Positions 11,533 through 21,150 of a DNA stretch of 22,858 nt are shown one piece after another. The stretch covers positions 1 to 22,858 of the forward strand of contig JAKMXF010000156.1 of NCBI GenBank assembly GCA_024704765.1. The letters run 5' to 3'. The position numbers and the translations under genes are program-made. Origin of the DNA: Oopsacas minuta. Taxonomy: Eukaryota > Animalia > Porifera. Every line of letters starts with the position of its first letter. Position 1 is the stretch's first letter. Under the pieces are notes generated by a model. That model did not search any database, was not told the DNA's origin, and worked only from the letters and a program-made list of their open reading frames with translations.

Positions 11533-13554
11533 CTAGAGATATTGATGACTGATAGTATTCGTGATTGCATCATACTGAGATGAAAGATTTGTATTATCAA
11601 TTGAATATGATGCAGGAATAGCTGGTAATGGATTTTGCAAACTAGGATGGGGGTTATTGAGATATACAGGTGGAGGAATAAACGGAGAATTCAATTTCAT
11701 CTTAACATTCCATTCTGAAACTTGGCGGACACTCTCCTCAACAGGTATCTGTATAGAAGTATTAGATGATAACTGTAAGGGTGAATTAGAAGGGATATGA
11801 AAGGAACCAGTGTTGGGAAGCTGAATAGAAGCATTAGAAAGAGACTGAAAAGAATCTGCAATATGAGTTTGCAAAGATGGACATGACCCATGTGAATTAT
11901 AGGAAGCTCCCCTTTCAGAGAAATAGGAGGGCTGTTTAAAGGTAAGACTATTTTTACTGCCATTATAAGGTTTTGAAATTCTTGCTTCTTGTGAATATCT
12001 AGGGAATTTGTTCGTAGGATGTTCAAACTCCCTACCTCTCTTTCGAGAAAATGAGCGGTAATCGTGATTTATTTCATTTAACCGCGGTGGAATCTCTTGG
12101 TGAGATTCACGAAGAATACGCAATAACTCACTACAATGTTTATAATTTTGTGGAGTGAAGAATGTATAAGCAAACCCACTGTTATCAGCACGGGCGGTAC
12201 GACCAATGCGATGTATATAATCTTCTGCAACATTTGGAAAATCCATATTAATGATATTTCGAATACCCTCTATATCAAGTCCTCTAGAAGCAACATCAGT
12301 AGCAACTAGAATTACAATCTTGCCTTGACGAAAAGCAGATAAAACGCTTTCTCTTGAATATTGTTCTTTATCGCCATGAATACAGTCAACATAATACCCC
12401 ATTCTTTGTAGCCATATAGTAATTGATTTTACCTTACGTTTAGTTTCACAAAAAATTATAGTTTTACAATTTTTATCGCGCATTAATCTATTCAATAATT
12501 CTAGAAGTTTAGAACTCTTTTCAGATTCTTCACAGAAATCAATATTCTGTAGTATATTCTGGTTAGCAGACAACTCAATTGACCCAACATATATCTGTAC
12601 ATAGTCCTTGAGAAAGTCTTCAGCCAATTTTTTTACATCTTTGGGCCATGTGGCACTCCACATAAGTGTCTGCTTATCTGGGCGAAGTTGTTCCAAGATT
12701 TTACGAATCTGAGGCTCAAAACCCATGTCAAGCATCCGATCTGCCTCATCCAAAACACAAAAACTGACTGCATCTAGGAATATCTTTCTCATTTCAAGGA
12801 GGTCTAGTAGTCGACCTGGCGTAGCCACAACTACATCACAACCGCGTTCTAATTCTCGAATTTGATTACTTTTGGAAGAACCACCATAAATGCAAGTCGA
12901 TCTTAATTGGATTAGAGCTGAATATTCAAGACATACATGCTGAACCTGTAAGGCTAATTCCCTAGTAGGAGTCAATACGAGAAAAATTGGTTTATGGTTA
13001 ACGATTGGTGTTTGTGCCTGAATATGTAGTAATCCGGGTAATAAATAGGCCAGAGTTTTGCCTGATCCTGTTCGAGCAATACCAATAAGATCGAAACCTG
13101 AAAGAGCTAGGGGCCATGCTTGACATTGAATTGGTGTAGGCCCAGAGAATTGGGAACTTAATGTAGTCAAAAAGGATGCAGGAAAATTTGATTCTTCAAA
13201 ACTCATAATAGGTTTCACAAGGGTATGCCCCTGAATCAATATCTTCAGATCCTTTCTCTGTTCTTCAACCATTAATTCATCTCGCGATACAACTAGTGGG
13301 TGTTCATTATAGAGAACTTTCTTGATAGGGGTGAGACGTGTAAAATCCCACTTGGGAGGACGTAAATTCTGACCTGCACAAAGGGATCTATCCTTAACTC
13401 TATGAAAGTTTGATGAATAGGGACCATGATAAGAATCTTCTTTGTGATGCCTGTTAATTGATGTACTACGTCCAGGATTAGAACTATAGTGCTTAGAATG
13501 GTAAGAATGACTTCTCTCTTTAGGGGCACGAAATTGTGAGAAATTTCGATTCAT
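11533..13554 (-). CDS. DDX5/DDX17: ATP-dependent DEAD-box RNA helicase, DDX5/DDX17/Dbp2 (p68) subfamily, 673 aa, single coding exon
   Basis: Uninterrupted ORF with Q motif (PTPIQ), I ARTGSGKT, Ia PTRELA, GG, Ib TPGRLLD, II DEAD, III SAT, IV IIFCETK, V ATDVASRGLD, VI HRIGRTAR; subfamily-like PKWD, DRMLDMGFEPQIRKI, MWSATWPK. First ATG at 13554; the TTG-extended 14 codons in the ORF track look like an acceptor region (CTAAT, TTTTACCTTAG). Confidence 0.95.
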   Translation of the reverse strand: MNRNFSQFRAPKERSHSYHSKHYSSNPGRSTSINRHHKEDSYHGPYSSNFHRVKDRSLCAGQNLRPPKWDFTRLTPIKKVLYNEHPLVVSRDELMVEEQRKDLKILIQGHTLVKPIMSFEESNFPASFLTTLSSQFSGPTPIQCQAWPLALSGFDLIGIARTGSGKTLAYLLPGLLHIQAQTPIVNHKPIFLVLTPTRELALQVQHVCLEYSALIQLRSTCIYGGSSKSNQIRELERGCDVVVATPGRLLDLLEMRKIFLDAVSFCVLDEADRMLDMGFEPQIRKILEQLRPDKQTLMWSATWPKDVKKLAEDFLKDYVQIYVGSIELSANQNILQNIDFCEESEKSSKLLELLNRLMRDKNCKTIIFCETKRKVKSITIWLQRMGYYVDCIHGDKEQYSRESVLSAFRQGKIVILVATDVASRGLDIEGIRNIINMDFPNVAEDYIHRIGRTARADNSGFAYTFFTPQNYKHCSELLRILRESHQEIPPRLNEINHDYRSFSRKRGREFEHPTNKFPRYSQEARISKPYNGSKNSLTFKQPSYFSERGASYNSHGSCPSLQTHIADSFQSLSNASIQLPNTGSFHIPSNSPLQLSSNTSIQIPVEESVRQVSEWNVKMKLNSPFIPPPVYLNNPHPSLQNPLPAIPASYSIDNTNLSSQYDAITNTISHQYL

Positions 13555-13961
13555 TGAACTAAGGTAAAATAAATATTGATCTAAAGAAATTAGCAATTAA
13601 GAAAAATAGATAGTGTCATAGCATTCTCTACACTAATACATCACCGCCACATAAATTATGCACGTGGATAATACCGTGAAGTTTAGATTTTAGGATGTGA
13701 ATAGCATGAAATATTGCAGTCTAATGTGTAACAATGTTAGGATAGGCATAGCATTTCTAATACACTAAGGCACTGGCACTACATTGAATTCGGGTTACCA
13801 TAGATATGTTATGCAGTACTGAAACTGGACCAAATTTTGTACCAAGATACTGTATAATATGAATATATACACTATATGCACTAGGGTGCCTAGTTGCCCC
13901 TTTATTTGAAAACTTGATTAGCTAGCTACTTTACATGTTCCCGATGTGGTATTGATTCACC

Positions 13962-14140
13962 CGTGAACTACGTAATATAAGGACTGGAAACAGCAAAAAA
14001 CTGGACCATGGATGAACTACAAGTGCATTCGTTTTTTGCTATTTGTTATTAGTTATGAACTTTAAAAGATAAATGTACCTATTTTAATTAGAAATCGACT
14101 CTGAAATTGGGCCAGGGATGAGATAGAAGTCATTTAAATA
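13962..14140 (+). repeat. Dispersed ~180-bp repeat, copy B (inverted relative to 2401-2582)
   Basis: See copy A. Confidence 0.92.
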
Positions 14141-15922
14141 ATGTATGTTATTATCGGTAATCGGACACTATGTCGCAGGACATTTCGTCGTCAGACAAGG
14201 TGGAGAAGCTGAGCATTTGAGCAGACTAAATGGATAGCAGTGAAGAATATTGATGTGATTGTAGAGGATATGAAGGCTGTGAGTTGCGCTTGAATATTTA
14301 GAACTGACTAAGATGCTAGAAAATGGATTTTGACAGGATTATCTAGCGCCTCTTTGTTCAAGGTGGAGAAGCTGAATTTTAAGTCTTGTCGCATATTATG
14401 GCAATAGAGAAACTTTCTCCTATTTAAGATGGATAGCACACAACTTTCAATTATAAATTATGCATATAATACACGTATCTCTTTTATATAATATAATACA
14501 CTTATTTATCTCTTTCACATAATGCAGCATATATTAAAATTTGTGACCGTTTTATTATTTAATACTTCCGGAATATACTTATCGATTAATATCCCGACTA
14601 AATCCGGTGACCAAGCGTCCGCCATTCGTTATTATCATAGCATATCATTACTTATAACTGAAATAATAACAAAATAATAGGTCTAAAACAACAAGAATAT
14701 AATAAAGGAATAGGAAACCAAAACCATCACAAAACTGTTAAGTGATTTAGTAGCAGGAACTAATATGTCTTCTAAATACATCTAAATTTCTTCAATTTCT
14801 GGGAATCATTCGTACTAGATGTGATTTCAGAGTTGACATTGCGAATTTTATTAGTTAGTATGCAATTAGTACATTAAGGATCTTCCTAAGGATAGTCCAA
14901 CCAGAAGTACCACAGCCCTTACAATTATCTTTTCAATGCTGGCTAAAATTATCAACCAACATATTTTCAGTCAGCTGATTTAATACCTTTCTTAATGGCG
15001 AGGAATAGAAGTGTTTCCTAAGAGTTTCATTCTCATCAATCTTGATAAATATTTCCATAATACAACAATTGATTCAATTACTATTTCTGAAGGCCANCTA
15101 TTAGTATTATTTGCGTCTATTCGATAATACAATTTCTCCATAGGATTTGGCTTAGTGGCCAAAAATGTTCCAACTTTGTCAGTTTTCATCCGATTTTGGA
15201 TTTCTTTCGATTAATATTCTTCTCTAAACATATTCTATTCAAATCTATTAGCAGTGATTTGATATCTCTTGCCAATAAAAAGAGGTACATTAGTGTAATT
15301 GTACCAAAAAGGACGTCTGGTCACTCTGTTCATTATGGATACAGCAGTGTACCTAATGGGCAGACGTAGTGTACGTATTGGACACATCAGTTTGCCTAAT
15401 AAGATATATCTATTGTGCACAAATACAGTATATACAAATATTAACATCAGTTCAATTTGTCCAATAACGATAGAGACAAATTCAGAATTTTGTAGTCACC
15501 CAAATATCTCCCAGTATGATAAATTATTCATGGTGTCTATTTCACTGGAATGTCAGCCTGATCTAATGCTACACCAGGTATCTGATTGAATACCGCTTCT
15601 CTTCATCCTTGTTGTATTAGTTTGCTTTCAGTTTCAAACAACATTAATCGAAGGTCATTTAAGTAACTCAAATTACAAAAATAATATTAGATCTCATTAT
15701 GTATTAATGATGGTCAGAAAATTGCTTAAGTATATTCACCGTCATTTATACATATACTGTAATACAATCCAGGTTTACAAAATGAAAATCCAATCATATT
15801 TCTTAATATAACACCAAGTAATGATTGTGTCAATTAATCCACCTTAAGATCAAAAGGCTCATTTAAAATTCGGTTACCACTAGGCATCACCATATTCAGA
15901 TGATAATCAATCTTACAATGTA

Positions 15923-16104
15923 CAGCCTGGGCCGCTTGTTATGAACGCTTGGGGGCCAAAAATGTGTTCACAATAGAGAGACTTCGTATTATGCAAACTT
16001 AACATAATGCAAATCCTATGTAGATTGGTATACAGAGACTATATACTTAGTTCATAATAAGCGAATGTTCATTTTGAGAGGGTTCATAATAAGCGGCCTG
16101 ACTG
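15923..16104. mobile_element. 182-bp pogo/Tigger-like MITE
   Basis: TA|CAGCCTGGGCCGCTTGTTATGAAC ... GTTCATAATAAGCGGCCTGACTG|TA: ~23-bp imperfect TIRs, TA on both flanks (15921-22, 16105-06), internal repeat of TTCATAATAAGCG. Confidence 0.85.
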
Positions 16105-17817
16105 TACGTATATGCACTTCTAATATTGTCATCGGCAAGTGGTGACAAGTTTTGATATTGGATCTTTCGACAGTAATTATAAATTGGTGTTTCTGTGGTA
16201 ATGGGGTAGAGCATTTTCAATGGACTATGATATTGGTGTAGTGCTTGCCAACACAATCATAGGAGTATGTAAGTAAATGAAGATAGTAGTATATGCGAGT
16301 GAGTTTGTGAACGGAAAATATGTGAAACCTTGGCATTGAATATCTCACAGGAAACTCAACAAAATTTTGCAAAATTTTGACATAACAAATGTCCAATGTT
16401 CTGAAACATGTCCAGATAGTTGAAATCTTGATTTCTAAAACATGTAAAAAAACTAAAACAAAGTCAAAATTTTTTTGTAATGCTCAAAAAATATAAAAGA
16501 AAATTCGATAATTTAAAATCTTTTTAATATTCATAAACGTCCCTATGCCTTCTACTTGTTCTCCAATTTGATCCAATCAAACAATGAGAAGTACATCAAA
16601 TTTATAACTGAAGTGTGCTCAGTAAAATCTTGCTCTGACTTCACGCTCGTTTAAAATTTCCAGTTTTTTACTGATATAGTTATTGAATTTATGCAATATT
16701 TATTTGCGTTATATGTATTATATAGTCTCTCAATCAATATCCTGTTCACATCTCTATGGCAGGAAATTGGTGAACTTTAGCAACATTTAGATTTTGAAAT
16801 ATTTTCTAATAAGCAAAATAATTCATTATTTTCACAGGTATCCAGGATTTTGCGTCAGATCTAGTTGTTAAAAATGGATAAGACCTCTTGAGAATGATCA
16901 CCAGTGAATGACACAAATTGTAACCGCATTTGAAAGCACCCAACTGGTATCTCTACACATTTAATGTGAGGCCAACTGAACTGTGGCCAAGATGTATCAT
17001 CAATAATACAGGAGTGATGAATTTGCTCATGCTAATGTTGTTAGAGTCAATGTAATCAACCCTCAAAGGAAGGTATAACATTATCTGTTCTCTAGAAAAG
17101 TTAGATTCTTCCTGCATTACGTTGAACCTACGAAAGCGAATTACTTTTGCTTTATGGCGGAGTCATATATCCAGAATCCTTGAGTGGAAACAGATTGGAG
17201 TTGTCTAGAAGTGGATTAGACTTTCCATCAGAGCTAGTGAAATTCAGGACGAAATTTAGTAATTCTCTGAGTAGATTGGAAATCTGACATGGAATCAATT
17301 TTTTACCTAACAAATGTCCTCTAGTTAATCAGATCGTTGTATGAAGAGTTCTATTAAAACCTGACTGAAAGAATATCACAAGGGTAAATAGCCATGCTTT
17401 GTAAAACTGGCTTAGACATTATAATTCTCATGTTTTTCAACTGGATTAGTTTTGATTTAAACATTAGCCCGGCTACATTTGGAGAGAGGGACTTAGGAGA
17501 GGATAAGACACCTCCTGGGCTGAAACCTCACTGCAATTCTGAAATTTATTTAGTTACCCAAATCAGTATCACCCTTACCATACTCCCTTATCAATTTGCA
17601 AAATTTCAAGTCAGTTTCCTTAAGGATGTACTCGACAAAATATCAAAATATGTCATACTTTTGCTAATATTCACCTATAACTTGACAATCTCCAATGCTA
17701 TGGCTAAATCATCAAACAGACTTGTAGCATATACTCGACTTTCTATAACCTGATAATACATTTTGATAACAAATCTCGAAAGAATATTGCGCAGTCATCA
17801 ATAATGCCATATATGGT

Positions 17818-18868
17818 CAGGAAAAGAAAGTAAACCATTGATTTATATCATTTGATTTTGAATAAAAAATGACAATGAAATTAATTTCAAATGGTTTAAT
17901 TTATGATTTTTAAATTCGCTTGAATGATTCTATTGATTTTGTTTAAGTATTTTAGATTTTAAACTTAATATAGATTTTGAAGTGAAGTGAAGTTGATTTC
18001 AGATAATTTGATATCCTTCAAATTCTGAATTTTCAACATAAAATCAACAATACACCCAGAAAATCAATGATTTTGATATAAATTCAAGATCATTTCAAAA
18101 TCACTTCCAGAGACTGTCTTTCTGCCGAAGGAGACACAGTCATTTTGAAATCATTCGTGAAATGTAATTCTAAAGCGCAACCTAGGCTGCTAGGTACATG
18201 CCCTCCAGCTACCTATTTGGAGACGTAGGTCATGGTGGATTTCTTGGATTTGTGATTTATTTTGCATGTTGCTACCTAGGTTACTGGACTTAGAATAATC
18301 CTTTATAAATATAGAATTTAACTTACTTTTGAAATATATTTAAAATATTTAAAATCTATTCGAAATCAATTTTTACAATTTGAAATCATTTTGAAATCAT
18401 TCATAGAATTTATAATCATTTTAAATCAATAAAAATAAATTTACTTGTGCGATATCTGACGTAGACCACCCATGAGTGAAAACAACATCAGTCTGGAAAT
18501 TAAATTAATTTCCCAGAATAATAGTTGTTTTCGCTTCATGGGTGGTATACGTATGTCTACCAAGATACAGTACATGTAGTATTTGTATTGATTTCAAAAT
18601 GATTTAATTTTGAGTAAATTGCTTTAAATCAAGATGAAAATCATGTAAAATACAGCGAAGTATTAAAATGATTTAGATGAATTTTATATTAAGAATGAGT
18701 GCAATGAATGATTTCAACATGATTTTCAAAAACTATCTGATTGAACTATGATTTTGATAAATGATTTAATAATCGATAGATTTACTAATTGATTTAGTGT
18801 TAAATCAATTGGGAAAATCAATGAGTGATTTTTGATCTTACATAAAAATCACTCTATTTTCTTGCCTG
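17818..18868. mobile_element. 1051-bp non-coding insertion with CAGG...CCTG termini and 8-bp TSD (hAT- or P-like, family unassigned)
   Basis: Left CAGGAAAAGAAAGTA, right-end reverse complement CAGGCAAGAAAATA; flanks TATATGGT / TATATGCT (7/8); empty site in the paralog at 9724-9731. Confidence 0.82.
18459..18552. repeat. 94-bp near-perfect palindrome
   Basis: ACGTAGACCACCCATGAGTGAAAACAAC..TCTGGAAATTAA, one central A, then TTAATTTCCCAGA..GTTGTTTTCGCTTCATGGGTGGTATACGT. Confidence 0.9.
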
Positions 18869-20276
18869 TATATGCTCACTTTCAAGATGGCGTCATAACG
18901 ATCAGAGATATCATATCAAAATGTATTATCAGGATATGGAAGTCGAGTATATACTACATGCTAGTTTGATGATTTGGCCATAGAACGGAGGTGATCAAGC
19001 TATTGGTGAATTTTGGCAAAATATGACTTATTTTGATATTTTGTATAGTAACATCCATAAATCCCATGGTATAAATCTTGAAACTGGAATTGTAGTAATT
19101 TCGAATTCTAAATGAATAACCAGGAAGCGCTTGATTTTCTTCTCTCTCAACCATCAATCAGGACAGTAGTCGATTCCTTCATCCAGATATTTGATCTTTC
19201 AGATGGCGAATTCTCCTAAATTCGGAGAAGATTCAGCTAATAGAAGTCTGAACGCGATACTTTCAGTAAACGTAATGATCTGCTTGTCCAGTTCTGATAG
19301 GTTTTGTAATGTTCTTAAGTGTAAGGAATGTAGAGGAATCGGACACACCTGCAGGCTGAAAAGCACAATTTGTTTCACCCAACAAACGATCAAGACAAAT
19401 ATTTAATTCGTGAATATTTGAGTAATGTCTTGCCTTCATTCTTCAATTTCCATACAATAGTTTTCGAAAGCGCTCAAATGCAGGTCCATCGAACCTTGTG
19501 GGGACCTCTATCCGAGGCTATTCAGGCTACGCAATCCCAATCATGAAGAGCCCAGATAATGGAAACGCGACCTGAAACGGCATATCCCCAGTGGCGTAAA
19601 TGTTAATTAACACTGATCTATCTGATGTGTATTGCGAAAACGCGAGGCAACTGAGTAGTCTATGACAGGACGAAATACTTGGATTGCAATAAAGCTACAA
19701 TAGGTTAATATATATTTAACGGGAAATTAACCGTTGGTTATTAAGAACACGCAAAACGTCCAAGTTACCCGACTAATTTAAAATTTCAATTATATTCGTT
19801 ACTTAGATAAAATTGCTATGCCGTAATAATACAGTAAAAAGCATGTTAAATTGATAATCTAAACACTTTATCCCTTGGTAGATGATTTTAGTGTGAACAC
19901 TTAATCTAAATAACTCAAATAACACATATTTCTGGAATTTAACTTCTATTAATTTCCTTACGTCATCATAACAAGAAAAATAGAAGCCATATGAAATTTT
20001 CAATCTGGTCAATCTACTTTAAATAATGATTAACCCATAAGTAAATAATAGATTTTATACCCCTAACTCCAACCTAAATAGATCTACGCTGGTTTATATG
20101 TTTCGCAAATTGTGATTATGTCATCTTAACTCAAACAATAGAAGCCGTGCCAAAAATATTGTGCTGTCAATTAACTAGTAATATCCAATAACCCATAGAT
20201 AGATACATCATACATTTTATGCACTTTAGATATACCCAAGACCCTAAAGCCTACAGATAGCCATTTAAAGCCACTG

Positions 20277-21150
20277 TGAACTGTATCCTCATGTAAAATT
20301 CAGTAAGAATTCTAGGGGACTAAACCATTGAGCAAAGGACTCTGAAAACTTTATAGAATGATGGCCAAAATATCTTGCGCAAGTGACAGGATCTTTACTT
20401 TATCAACTCTGCTAATTCACTCCACTGTAAATCCTGCACAATATCTGTGGATAACCTTTCATTATCCAGAATCTCTTTCAGGATTATTAGCAACTTCGGC
20501 CATTTAGTATCAGCTACTGATAGTGTGAGATATAATGTAGGACATCTTAACTGTCGTATCATAGACATAAATTCTTTCTGTTTCTGCTGCCAGAATGCAG
20601 GAGAAGACCGGATAGTCTTTAGGAATTTGAAAGCAACATCATGTGCCAGCATATGCTCAAGGCTTTAAACATTCAGGATATCAGATTGTGTCACAGTCTG
20701 ACTATCTTTGCAGCTTGCTTTTCTCAAACAAATATTATTAGCATTATGTAAGCTCTCTAATGTTTGGATTTTAGAGAGAGTAAGGGTATGATTGTACTAC
20801 ACCTTCTATCATGTCTATATGAGTATGCCAGTAGGTTCTTCAATACACTCGTCCTGTATTATATTCATGGGTGTTCACCTTCTCCGGGAGCTAGCTTCAA
20901 CAGCATGTTATAATTATATATCAAAAGAGTGTCCAATGACCCTGGGTTAACCCGAAGTTCATCCTTTGTCTCATATAGATAGTACAGCTCTTGCAGATAT
21001 ACTCAGCACCCTCTGTTCAATAGAAAATAAATTGACTAAAAACTCAGGATTAGACTCATACTTAGAGACTATTTCGTCCTGGTCAACTTCAAAACTGTTT
21101 CCTTAAAATGAAGATATCCACAGCAACAACAAACGTGTGTTGGTCCTAGA
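20277..21150 (-). pseudogene. Helentron/Helitron2 RepHel remnant (N-terminal Cys-rich region and start of Rep domain)
   Basis: In order on the minus strand: GPTHVCCCCG, EYICKSC, LAPGEGEHP.NIIQDE, AFKFLKTIRSSPAFWQ...MIRQLRCPTLYLTLSVADTKWP, DPVTCARYF, ILTEFYMRIQF; frameshifts, stops and large internal deletions; breaks off before the HUH motif. Confidence 0.88.

Larger units (their letters stand above)
17620..19101. repeat. Long inverted-repeat (foldback-like) structure interrupted by an insertion
   Basis: 17620-17777 is the reverse complement of 18905-19060 at roughly 80% identity; same family as 9694-9935. Confidence 0.85.

Noticed and set aside
11697-13529. ORFs 11697-12026 and 13293-13529 in the track
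   Set aside because: Alternative-frame shadows inside the DDX coding sequence with no motifs.
13555-13596. N-terminal TTG extension of the DDX ORF
   Set aside because: Non-ATG start in a eukaryote; sequence resembles a branch point and splice acceptor.
6926-13808. CATAGATAT at 13799 and its complement at 6926-6935 as P-element TIRs
   Set aside because: Similarity stops after about 9 bp in AT-rich DNA and no TSD is present.
2401-14140. Inverted 180-bp copies as TIRs of one giant element carrying the DDX gene
   Set aside because: Outer flanks (ATAATATTT vs ATGTATGTT) show no target-site duplication and the ends match no TIR type I recognise.
14156-14197. 15-bp-period GGACA motif as a transposon terminus
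   Set aside because: Only 10/15 identity between two units and no partner end found; too weak to call.
14196-14375. CRISPR-like repeat-spacer unit
   Set aside because: Two 17-bp repeats with a 146-bp gap in eukaryotic DNA; no array and no cas genes.
15098-15098. Single N base
   Set aside because: Assembly ambiguity, not a biological feature.
16320-16655. TE-like interior ending CACGCTCGTTTAA
   Set aside because: No second copy, TIR pair or TSD in the window to support boundaries.
16840-17390. Possible decayed exons after an acceptor-like TTTTCACAG
   Set aside because: All frames contain frequent stops and no recognisable motif.
17394-17753. 119-aa ORF on the plus strand
   Set aside because: Overlaps the left arm of the non-coding inverted repeat; the frame is not conserved in the other copies.
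20140-20185. CCGTGC...CTAGT as the 3' end of the Helentron
   Set aside because: Wrong strand relative to the Rep remnant, no hairpin, and Helentrons do not typically end in CTAG.
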